Source: Octopus sinensis (Eukaryota). From it: 64,000 nt of DNA. The notes below the pieces were generated by a model. It searched no databases, was not told the origin of the DNA, and was given only the letters and a program-made list of their open reading frames with translations. The stretch lies in NCBI RefSeq assembly GCF_006345805.1, contig NC_043001.1:68138001-68202000 (forward strand), written 5' to 3'. Made by a program: the position numbers and the translations under genes. The stretch's first letter is position 1; every line of letters begins with the position of its first letter. Positions 38,400 through 49,599 of this stretch are shown one piece after another.

Positions 38400-38990
38400 A
38401 AACGCCTGTTTTCAAACTGATGACCGTTTTGGCCTAGATACTGCATCAGAACTGTCATCGCAAACATCAAAAACCTTTCTTTCGGTATTTGTACGCATTC
38501 TCATTCAATAACTGTCATCAGTTCATCGACTGTTGCTGGCCTTATACCATAAATTTTATCTTTTAAGTATCCCCATTAAGAAACGTTTTGTGATGTGAGA
38601 TCCGTTGGATCTCATCAAGATAGGCTCTTACGCAATTTACTGGAAATAAAACTACTCATCGCAGTAAGTTCAAGGAAATGAGACCAGTGTTAAAACGATA
38701 AAACAAGAATGGTCCAATTAATCGTTTTGACGATAAGTCGCTGCATGCTGTAACTTCAGGGAAATAAACGAAGTTCCTCCGTAAGATATGGATTCTCTGA
38801 TTCCCGCTAGGTGCAACTGTGGTTTTAATTGAATCCTTTAATATAAATGTAGTTTTCTCACTCCAAACGATTGTTGTTGGAAAGTGGGCATCTGATACAC
38901 AACTTACTAAGTGCCAATCAGAAAACTCCGCTATTCGGCCCAGAACAGTAATGAGAGCAGTGATTGAAATTTTGAAATGTATTTTTTCCA
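38400..38990 (-). mobile_element. Tc1/mariner-superfamily transposase relic
   Basis: IVWSEKTTF, LIGPFLF, DLT..WGYLKDKIY..P.TVDEL, NGHQFE. Confidence 0.7.
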
Positions 38991-39233
38991 ATGACAGTAA
39001 AACTAGTAGTAGAATATTATGTGTGTGTATATATATGTGTGTGTGTGCGTGTGTGTGTGTGTGTGTGTATGTGTGTGCATGAGTGTATGTTTATGTGTTT
39101 GTATGTATGTGCATATATGTATTTATAAAATATACTCATCTACGTATATATGCATTAATATATATATATATACACACATATATATGTGTGTGCGTGTTTG
39201 TGTGTGTGTGAGTGTGTAAGTACGTGTGTCTAT

Positions 39234-39390
39234 GTGGCTGTGTGGTAAGAAGTTTGCTTCCCAATCACATGGTTCCGGGTTCAGTCCCACAGCGTGACAC
39301 CTTGGACAAGTGTCTTCTGTTATAGCCTCAGGCTGATTATAGCCTTGTGAGTGGATTTGGTAGACGGAAACTGAAAGAAGTCCGTCGTAT
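39234..39390 (+). mobile_element. SINE family A 5' half, interrupted by the PLE fragment
   Basis: Family A head and body up to GAAGTCCGTCGTATA. Confidence 0.88.
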
Positions 39391-39394
39391 AAAT

Positions 39395-40290
39395 TTATTG
39401 CAAAAAGCAACACAAATCGCTAACAAATGCGAAGTTTTACAAAACAAACACGAAACCAACGGTTAAAAAATGTGGACGCCCAAACTGTGGAACCTGCCCC
39501 AACTTACTTGAAGGCTCGGATTTCCTTTTCAAATAAGGAGAGAGATTCACAATTAAAACTAGTTTCAGTTGTGCCTCTAAGAACCTAATTTGTGTAATAA
39601 CCTGCTCGGGTTGTGGACACAACTATATTGGACAGACGAGTATGATCTTGAGATGGAGAACCACTCTACATAAAGAGCAAATACGTTTCCCGCAATACAG
39701 GTAAATCCCTCTCAGTGAACATATAGAAAAATGTGAAGATAACATCAAACCAAATTTCACAGTCTACCCATTCTACAAGTGCAAAGACACAATTTCTCCA
39801 CAAGAACGTTTGAAGAAACACTTTTCATCGAAAAATACAGAACACGTCTTAATATGCACGCATAACCAAATTTTATCTTTTTGCATATTTCAGTTCACGA
39901 GTTCATCACTGTACATAAATCCCCTCACTAAACAAGTTTTTCGAAATTTTTTGTGTGTACATATATATATTCCCCCCCCCTTACCGAAAACTGAACAGCT
40001 GTCTCCCTTGTCCACAACAATAGCAATAATAACGATAATCACTTACGTCTCCTTATTTTCTACTTTTGAAGTCATTCACTCTTAAATATCATCATACACA
40101 ACATGAATAACATTTTTTTTCTTAAGAAAATACATATTCAAATAAGTAAACGTTAATATCATGAATAGCGAAAGCGAAACCAGTCGATATATTATACTAT
40201 TTAATGTGTGTATATTTTCCTTTTTTAATTTCTTTTATATATATTCAACTCACAACGTGGGGATAGTCGAAATTCTTTTTTCTGTTACTA
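39395..40290 (+). mobile_element. Penelope-like element 3' fragment: Zn-finger linker + GIY-YIG endonuclease pseudogene + 3'UTR
   Basis: CGRPNCGTC..FSCASKNLICVITCSGCGHNYIGQTS..LHKEQI..LSEHIEKC..FIEKYRTRLN with stops; CxxxxCxxC linker as in Neptune-type PLEs. Confidence 0.9.
40156..40190 (+). ncRNA. Minimal type I hammerhead motif, A3-U8 core variant, in PLE 3'UTR
   Basis: atatc ATGAATA gc gaaa gc GAAA ccag TC gatat. Confidence 0.7.
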
Positions 40291-40324
40291 CTACTACTAC
40301 TATATATATATGTACGTTTGTATA

Positions 40325-40526
40325 TGTGTGTCTGTATTTGTCCCCCCCCAACATCACTTGGAAACCGATGCTTGTGTATTTGCATCCCTGTAACTTAGCG
40401 GTTCCGCAAAAAAGACCGATAGAATATGTTCTAGGCTTACAACGAATATGTCCTGGAGTCGATTTGTTCAAATAAAGGTGGTGCTCCAGCATGGCTGCAG
40501 TAAAATGACTGAAACAAGTAAAAGAA
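40325..40526 (+). mobile_element. SINE family A 3' half
   Basis: Continues family A after the PLE insertion. Confidence 0.88.
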
Positions 40527-40647
40527 TATATACACGAGTCAGTGGACATGTAACTCACACGTTTAGTGGGAGTTACATATATTATTTAAAACAGTTTGAT
40601 TCAATTTCCGAAACTTAAAGTAGCACGAATCAAACTGATTTTTTTAA

Positions 40648-40732
<85 letters not shown>

Positions 40733-40743
40733 TAATAATAATA

Positions 40744-43360
40744 AACGCCAACGCTTCTTTGAACAAAACAAAAAGTTCAACTCCAACCCCAAAAAGTTCT
40801 ACCAAGAACTGGGCAAAAATAAAATAGAAGTCACTGCAGCACCAACGGCAGAAGAATTGGAAGAATTCTGGAGAGAAATATGGTCGGCGAACGAACAACC
40901 CAAAAAAAGGAGTATCAAAATAACAAACTCAGCATCTGAACAACTTTGGACCCCCATAACAACTGAAGAGGTCACCCAGGCACTGCAAAGACTAAGCAAC
41001 TGGAAGGCACCTGGGCATGACAAGATCCCCAACTTCTGGTTGAAATATCTAACAGGAATGCACAAAAAGCTGGCTGAAAACTTTAATAACATACTAGCAG
41101 AGCCAGAGACAATGCCTGAATGGCTCACGAAGGGGAAAACCATCTTAATTCCCAAATCAAATGAAACAGCAAAACCAGAAAACTACAGACCAATAACCTG
41201 CCTCCCTACTATGTTCAAGGCATTTACTGCAGTGATATCGCAAATGCTGAACAAGCACCTGGACGAAAACAAACTGTTCCCAGAAGAGCAGAAAGGATGC
41301 CGCAAAGGCTCATATGGCTGTAAAGATCAACTAATGATTAATAAAGCCATAACTGAAGACAGCCAGAGAAAGAAGAAAGGCCTCAGTATGCCCTGGATTG
41401 ACTACAAAAAGGCGTTTGATAGCATCCCCCACACATGGATCCTCGAAACACTAGCCATTAACAAAGTAGCACCAACAATCATAAAATTCATAGAGCACTC
41501 TATGAATAAATGGCAAACAGTCCTACATCTCCAAACAAAAGAGGGACTCATGAAAACCAAAGACATCCCCATTAGAAGAGGAATATTCCAGGGAGACACG
41601 CTCTCTCCACTCCTTTTCTGCTTGTCACCTCTATCTGATATACTAAATAGAACTGGATGCGGATATAAATGTTACGGCAAAACGATCAGCCACCTTTTAT
41701 ATATGGATGACCTAAAACTATACGCTGCAAATGACAAACAGCTGGAAACACTATTAAAGACAGTTCATGGATTTACCAAAGAAATAGATATGAAATTTGG
41801 ATTAGAAAAATGCGCCAAAGTAACCATGAAAAGAGGAAAACTAGTTAAGAGTAACAACATCACACTAGATAAAACCAATGAAATAAAAGAATTAGACCAA
41901 AGCCAAACTTACAAATACTTAGGAATCCATGAACTAGATAAGACACAACACACACAAATGAAAGAGAAAATAAAAAAAGAATATTATAGACGAGTTAGAT
42001 CAATACTAAAAACAGAGCTCAATGCTAAAAACAAGATAATAGGTATCAACACTTTAGCTGTCCCAGTTATAAGTTACAGCTACAATATCCTTAACTGGAC
42101 ACGAAATGAACTGACCAAAATAGATAGGAAAACAAGAAAAATAATGACAGGATCTAGGATGCATCACCCAAAATCTGACATAGAAAGACTATATATACAA
42201 CGTATAGAAGGTGGTAGAGGCCTTATACAGCTGGAAAACTACTATAAAATAACCACCATAGGACTTCAAAAATATCTACTCCAGAAGGAAGGAAAACTGA
42301 TACAAATAGCGGCAAAACACGAGCAAAATAAAAAACTGTTCTCAGTATTTAAGGAAGCTGACAAATACAAACAAGAAATCATACCACCTAATAAACATGA
42401 AGAAGAAAAAGAAGAAGATGAAGAAACAACAAAAGCTATAAAACAAATGAAATCCAAACTAAAAGTAGAACAGCAACGAACCATGATAAAACGATGGCAA
42501 GAAAAGCCCCTTCATGGTAAATACTAGACTAAACTAAACGCAAAAGAAATAGACAAAGAAAAATCCCAGCAATGGTTGAGAAGCTCAGGACTCAAAGCAG
42601 AAACAGAGGGATTTTTAATTGCAGCACAAGACCAAAGCCTCCCCACCAGAAATTACCAAAAACATGTAATGAAAAGAAATATTACAAGTAACTGCAGAAT
42701 ATGTGGAGATGGACAAGAAACAATAAATCATATTATCTCTAGCTGCCCAGTCCTGGCTAAGAAGGAATATATTCACAGACATGACAGAGTTGGAACCTAC
42801 ATACATTGGAAGCTATGCCAACATTATGGAATAACAACAGAAAAAAGATGGTATAGGCACACACAAGAAAAGGTCACAGAAAACGAGAAAGCAACCATAC
42901 TCTGGGATATGCCGATACACACAGATAGAGAAATTAAGGCCAACAGACCAGATATAGTTGTCAGAGATCATGAGGAAAAAAATGCTTTCTAATTGATGTA
43001 TCAATACCGGCAGATGACAACGTGTCTCCAAAAGAAATGGAGAAACTCTCAAAATACAAAGACCTGGAAATAGAGGTAACTAGAATGTGGAATCTGAAAA
43101 CAGAAACAATTCCTATCATAGTAGGTACATTAGGCATGATAAAAAAATATTCAGACAAATACATAGCAAAAACACCAGGACTTACAAACACATATAACAT
43201 ACAGAAAATTGCACTACTAGGCACTGCACACATCCTACGCAGAACACTTTCCATACAATAACCATCAGAGCATCACAACAAATCACAGCACATACCCAAG
43301 GCACACAGAGCTGCGCTCGGTAGTGAAGTGAAAGCACGCTATAAAAATAAAACTACTGAA
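40744..43360 (+). mobile_element. Dong/R4-like RLE LINE family A, 5'-truncated, nearly intact RT-CCHC-RLE coding region
   Basis: KAPGHD, NYRPITCL, EEQKGC, DYKKAFDS, GIFQGDTLSP, LLYMDD; CRICx8Hx4C; RPDIV..IDVSIP..KEMEKLSKY; premature TAG at 42525 and a frameshift near 42975; (TAA)n on both sides. Confidence 0.96.
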
Positions 43361-43467
43361 TAATAATAATAATAATAATGATAATAATAATAACGATAAT
43401 GATAATAATGATAATGATAATGATAATAATGATAATGATAATAATAATGATGATAATGATAATGATA

Positions 43468-43498
<31 letters not shown>

Positions 43499-43850
43499 TA
43501 ATGATAATAATGATAATGATAATGGTAATAATGATAATGATAATAATGATAATAATAATAATAATAATAATAAGAAGAAGAAGAATCATAATAATAATAA
43601 TAAAGATAATAATAATAATAATAAAGATAATAATAATAATAATAATAATGATGATGATGATGATGATGATGATGGTGGTAGTGGTGGTGGTGGTGGCGGT
43701 GGTGGTGATGATGATGGTGGTGGAGGTGGTGTTGGTTTTGGTGGTGATGGTGGTGGTAATGGTGGTGATGGTGGTGGTGGTGGTGGTGGTGGTGGTGGTG
43801 ATGGTGGTGATGGTGGTGATGATGATAATGATGATGATGATGATGATGAT
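43361..43850. repeat. Compound trinucleotide microsatellite TAA/TGA/GAA/TGG
   Basis: Direct reading. Confidence 0.97.
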
Positions 43851-43851
43851 G

Positions 43852-44399
43852 GATGCTCTGATGCAGTACCAGATAGTGGCTTTCATGGGTTCTGATCTTA
43901 ACTGGAAGTGTTATGTTCATTGTTTTCTCTTGGTATAAAAGATGGGCTACAGCAAATTTTCTACTCAATACCACAGATTTGTTTGTCAGTTGTTTGAACC
44001 TAACTAGTTGAGCATGTCCCTTAGTGTCTGACGATAAGTGCATCTCGATCACGTGTAGAAGTAGTGGGGTAACATCATAGTATGTGTTGAGAGGAATTAT
44101 TTTGGGTTAGGATATTTCCCTTCTGGGAACATGGATGTTTCATTCAACATCCTTAAACAACCCTTATTCAGGGTCCTTTTGAGCGGGATGAGCTATTCGA
44201 CCTGAAAAAATTCTAACTGGGCCCCATTTGCAATATCATGCGCAGTTTATTTTGATATACGATCGCCCTGTCACGCACATATGGTTGTGATGCATCTGCT
44301 AGTGTACCCTTAGTAGACGGGTAGTCATGATGGGTATATTGGGCTTCGTATATTTTACTCCAGTGTCACTTTCATGGTATGCATTGCTCTCTCATTCAA
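43852..44399. mobile_element. Unclassified ~550-bp non-coding interspersed repeat, copy 1
   Basis: End-to-end similarity with 46284-46820. Confidence 0.85.
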
Positions 44400-44413
44400 C
44401 AACAACAGCAACA

Positions 44414-44620
44414 ATTAATTCCTTTATTGGCCACAAGGACTTACGTAGAACAACATGAAATGACAAAACAGGACGATACAAAGGGTTTTAAAACAAGCAT
44501 ACGATATGATATCACACCCCTGAATAATAAAACCAATGGAAATGTATGGAGTAGCAGAAAATAGGAAAAGCCTTATGTTGAATAGCATGAAACACTGGAG
44601 AACAGAATTAACAGCAGAGA
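44414..44620 (-). mobile_element. Tx1 3'UTR fragment
   Basis: ttaattcc..tattggccacaagg..acaaaacaggacga..tacaaagggtttt matches 58547-58635. Confidence 0.75.
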
Positions 44621-44626
44621 ATTAGT

Positions 44627-46112
44627 GTGTCCCTACTGATCTTCGTGCTGGGAATGATCCCCTTGAGCGAAATACTACAGAAACCCATGTCGGGGTATGG
44701 TCTGGAAAGAGGTAAGCGAAAACTGAACCACTTGCTAGAAATGGACGACCAAAAACTGAGGCAAAACTACATAGCCTTGTTCAGTCTGTGCGGATTTTTG
44801 TCCAATGATATTAAGATGGAGTTTGGACTCTCTAAATGTGTTACAATGGTGATGAGAGGAGGAAAGCTTTTCAGAACAGAAGGCATATGGTCGCCAAGTG
44901 ATGAAATGATGAAGGCAATTCAACATCAGTCCAGCTATAAATACCTAAGAATACTTGAGGCAGATGCAATGAAACACAATAACATGAAGGAAAAGACAAA
45001 AAGAGAGTATCTGCAGCGAGAGAGAAAAGTTTTGGCTTCAAAGCTAAATGCCAGAACCATAATTTCGGCAATGAACTCGTGCTCAGTCGCCGTAGTTCTG
45101 TATGACGCTGGAGTCCTAAAATGGACAGAGGAGGAGCTATGGGAGATGGCCAGGAAGTGAAGAAAGCTTCTAACGATGCATGGTGCCCGTTATCCACTTG
45201 CGGGCACTGATCGCCTATACATGAAGAGAGCAAATGGAGGAAGAGAACTGATAAGTGTGGAAGACTGCATGCGTATCGAACTCGAGAGCTCAATAAGATA
45301 CCTAGCCCGAAGTGAGGAAACCTTGCTAGTGACAGTTAGGAACGAGGGAGTATTGAGAGCAGAGAAAGAACAGAAAACAAAGGAAGAAATGCAAAAAGGA
45401 CATGAAAATGATTTATGCAAGAAGGGACTACACATTCAATTCCATGCAGCCGCAACAGAAGTTGCTGGAAAATATAGGAGGGAACACTAAAAAAAAGAGA
45501 CCGAGAGCACAATACTGGCAGCACAAAACCAATCGTTGGCCACGAACTGGGAGGTCAACCTTAGGAATGAGCAAGTGCCTCCACTCTGCCGCATCTGCAA
45601 TAGAGTGTATGGAACCATTGCCCATATCACAAACAAATGTCCTAGACTTATCCAAAACCATTATAAGTTGTGGCGACACAATCAGGTAGCGAAAGTACTA
45701 CATTGGAAACTGTGCAAAAAGTGGAGGCTAAAGAGAGAGGCAAGACGTGGTATGAGCACAAACGGTAGAGAGTGGCGGAGTCGGAGAATAGCAAAATCCT
45801 CTGGGATTTCCCAATCCAAACAGTTCAGGTGCTAGAGTATAACAGAACGGACCTCGTGGTGGTGGACAAGATGCACCACATATGCTATATAGTTGATGTT
45901 GCATGCCTCTTTGGCCCACGAATAGTCAAGAAGGAAGGCGAAAAGATAGATGAATACAACCTTCTTAAATACAAAATAGCCCGGCTATGGAAAATGAAGA
46001 AGATGAAGAGAGTGCAAATTATTGTTGGGTCCTTCGGATCAGTATCAGAAAGGAGGTAGCAAGTCCGCTATGCATGAAAGACTTCAGGAGTTCCAACAAA
46101 ACCTGTGATAAA
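44627..46112 (+). mobile_element. Dong/R4-like LINE family B, 5'-truncated, decayed
   Basis: LNHLLEMDD, MEFGLSKC, YKYL, DRLYMKRANGGR, CRIC..H..C, ILWDFPIQT..DLVVVDK..IVDVAC. Confidence 0.9.
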
Positions 46113-46174
46113 GAGAAATAACAATAAAAATGATGATGATGATGATGATGATGATAATAATAATAATAATAATA

Positions 46175-46216
<42 letters not shown>

Positions 46217-46227
46217 TAATAATAATA

Positions 46228-46283
<56 letters not shown>

Positions 46284-46284
<1 letters not shown>

Positions 46285-46818
46285 CGCCCTGATGCAGTAC
46301 CAGACAGTGGCTCTCATGTCTTCTCATTTTAACTGATTGGAAGTGATATCACGTTCATTGTTTTGTCTTGGTATGAAATATGAGCTACAGCAAATATTCT
46401 GCTCAGTACCACAAATTTGCTTGTCAGTTGTTTGACCATAACCAGTTGACCATGTCACTTAGTGGCTAACGATTTGTGCATCTCCGATCATGAGCAGATG
46501 TAGTGTTGAAAGGAATTCTTAGAGATTTGGATAATTCACCGTTGGAAACATGGGTGGTTCGTTCAACATCCTTAAGCAATCCTTATTGATGGACCATTTG
46601 AGCGGGATGGGTTGCTCGACCAGAAGAAAATTGTAACTGGGCCCCACCTGCAAGGTCATGCGCTGTTTATCTTGATATGAGATAGCCATGTCGCGCACAT
46701 ATGGTTGTGATGCATATGCCTGGTGTACCCTTATCAGACGGGTAGTCATGATGGGTATACCGGGCTTCGTATATTTTAGCCCAGTGTCACTTTGATGGCA
46801 TGCACTACTCTCTCACTC

Positions 46819-46820
<2 letters not shown>
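46284..46820. mobile_element. Unclassified ~550-bp repeat, copy 2, flanked by (TAA)n
   Basis: End-to-end similarity with 43852-44399. Confidence 0.85.
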
Positions 46821-46882
<62 letters not shown>

Positions 46883-46886
<4 letters not shown>

Positions 46887-47989
46887 TAACCACCATAGGA
46901 CTGCAAAAATACCTACTTCAGAAGGAAGGAAAACTGATCCAGATAGCAGCAAAACACGAGCAAAACAAAAAACTGTTCTCAGTATTTAAGGAAGCTGACA
47001 AATAGAAACAAAAAATCATACCACCTAATAAACACAAAGAAGAAGAAGAAGATGATGAAGAAACAACAAAAGCTATAAAACAAATGAAATCCAAACTAAA
47101 AATAGAACAGCAACGAGCCATGATAAAACGATGGCAAGAAAAACCCCTTCATGGTAAATACTGGACTAAACTAAACGCAAAAGAAATAGACAAAGAAAAA
47201 TCCCAGCAATGGTTGAGAAGCTCAGGACTCAAAGCAGAAACAGAGGGATTTTTAATTGCAGCACAAGACCAAAGCCTCCCCACCAGAAATTACCAAAAAC
47301 ATGTAATGAAAAGAAATATTACAAGTAACTGCAGAATATGTGGAGATGGACAAGAAACAATAAATCATATTATCTCTAGCTGCCCAGTCCTGGCTAAGAA
47401 GGAATATATTCACAGACATGACAGAGTTGGAACCTACATACATTGGAAGCTATGCCAACATTATGGAATAACAACAGAAAAAAGATGTTATAGGCACACA
47501 CCAGAAAAGGCCACAGAAAACGGGAAAGCAACCATACTCTGGGATATGCCGATACACACAGATAGAGAAATTAAGGCCAACAGATATAGTTGTCAGAGAT
47601 CATGAAGAAAAAAAAATGATTTCTAATCGATGTATCAATACCGGCAGATGACAACGTGTCTCCAAAAGAAATGGAGAAACTCTCAAATTACAAAGACCTG
47701 GAAATAGAGGTAACTAGAATGTGGAACCTGAAAACAGAAACAATTCCTATCATAGTAGGTGCATTAGGCATGATAAAAAAATATTCAGACAAATACATAA
47801 CAAAAACACCAGGACTTACAAACACATATAACATACAGAAAATTGTACTACTAGGCACTGCACACATCCTACGCAGAACACTTTCCATACAATAACCATC
47901 AGAGCATCACAACAAATCACAGCACATACCCAAAGCACACAGTGCTGCGCTCGGTAGTGAAGTGAAAGCACGCTATAAAAATAAAACTA

Positions 47990-47994
<5 letters not shown>
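46883..47994 (+). mobile_element. Dong/R4-like LINE family A 3' fragment flanked by (TAA)n
   Basis: Nearly identical to 42246-43360. Confidence 0.95.
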
Positions 47995-48037
<43 letters not shown>

Positions 48038-48219
48038 CTTTTCTAGTATAGGCAGAAAGCCTGAAATATTGCATCGACTCCAGTGTTTCAGTGCTACTTA
48101 CTTTATCGACCTCGACGGATGAATGGTAAAGTCATACTCGGCAGAATTTGAACTCAGAACGCAGCAGCAGACTAAGTATTTCACTCGGCGTGCTAACGAT
48201 TGTGTCACCTTGCCGCCTT
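48038..48219 (-). mobile_element. SINE family B
   Basis: Reverse complement of family B. Confidence 0.75.
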
Positions 48220-48280
48220 GCTATCTCAGGAAACTAAAAGATTTTTCTTATATGAAGGATATATAAATACACATACACAC

Positions 48281-48389
<109 letters not shown>

Positions 48390-48419
48390 TAGCTTCCGCT
48401 TCGACAGCAACATGTACGT

Positions 48420-49145
48420 GAAAATGTAAACACTGAAATATTTATATACGAAAACTGCAAACCTGTGGGTAAATTTAAAAAATTTTAATTTTAATTACAT
48501 ATACATCTATATTTATACAAGACTTCCTTAGATATGCACATTGCTGTTTCATCTCGGTTTCTCGCTGATACACCAATAATAATTATAACTACGAAAGAAA
48601 CACCAGCACATGTTCGTGGGCGTTGTTCTGCTAAAAATGTTAACACTGTAAAAACGATCCCATAATAAAACCAAGAATACCGCAGCGAATAACAAATAGC
48701 ATGGGCATGCCACAGCGAACTGCCGGGAAGATAGATCAAATCTGAAACCATCGCGAAACAGAAATTAAGAATCAGCAAAAACAGTGAATGAAAACTATGT
48801 CTTAATGTAAACCATCTCAGGAATCTGAAAGATTTTTCTGATATGGAGTCTATATATATACAAAACATAGCTTCCCTTTAGACAGCAAAAAGTGCGTAAA
48901 CATGTAAACACAATATTTCTATACGGAAACAGCAGCCCTATGAGTAAAATTTAAAATTTTAATTAAATATACATCCATATTTATATAAAACTTCCATATA
49001 TATTCATATTGCTGGTTTTTTTTCGATCTCTTTCTGATACATTAATAATAACTATAACTACGAAAAGAACATCAACACATGTCCATAGGCGGTAATCAGT
49101 TAAAAAAGTAAATGCTGTAAAAGCAGACCCATAACAAAACCAACC
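48420..49145. repeat. Old diverged tandem duplication, ~255-bp aligned block, period ~478
   Basis: atgtaaacac..atatt..tatacg..aatttaaaa..tatacatc.atatttata..ctgatac..aataataa.tataactacgaaa..cccataa.aaaaccaa seen twice. Confidence 0.75.
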
Positions 49146-49599
49146 CTGAGAGAAAGAACGGTGGACACATAACCATGAATACTATGAAATAGTTGATTCA
49201 TGATTTACACACACTACTACGCAACATTCTTCAAAAAACATACAGGAATAAACTCATATCGTAAATACTCAACATAGTGAACAAACCCATAACATGTGCC
49301 ATACAAGGCCGATACTGGACAGAACACAACCTGCGCTGCACAAACCATACACAATACAAAAACTAATACTACAGAAGACTCATACCAAACCCTATAACAA
49401 AACATACTGATACAATACAACATCCCCCACCCCGCCAAAAAATGCAGCACACACCACCTCACCAGCACTAAGGTGAAAATGATGCAATAGAAAGTTGCTT
49501 GAAACTATCAGATGTCGAAAAATAATAGTGGTGATGACATTGGTGACGAAGGTTACCGTACCTAAGTTTATGAGAGACAGAAGTTTCCGAAGAAACTCT

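Noticed and set aside
40596-42527. 643-aa ORF with poly-Asn N-terminus as a domesticated RT gene
   Set aside because: It starts at TTG, and poly-N is the (TAA)n target read in frame. It ends at a premature TAG where the paralog at 47162 has TGG, so it is a truncated LINE.
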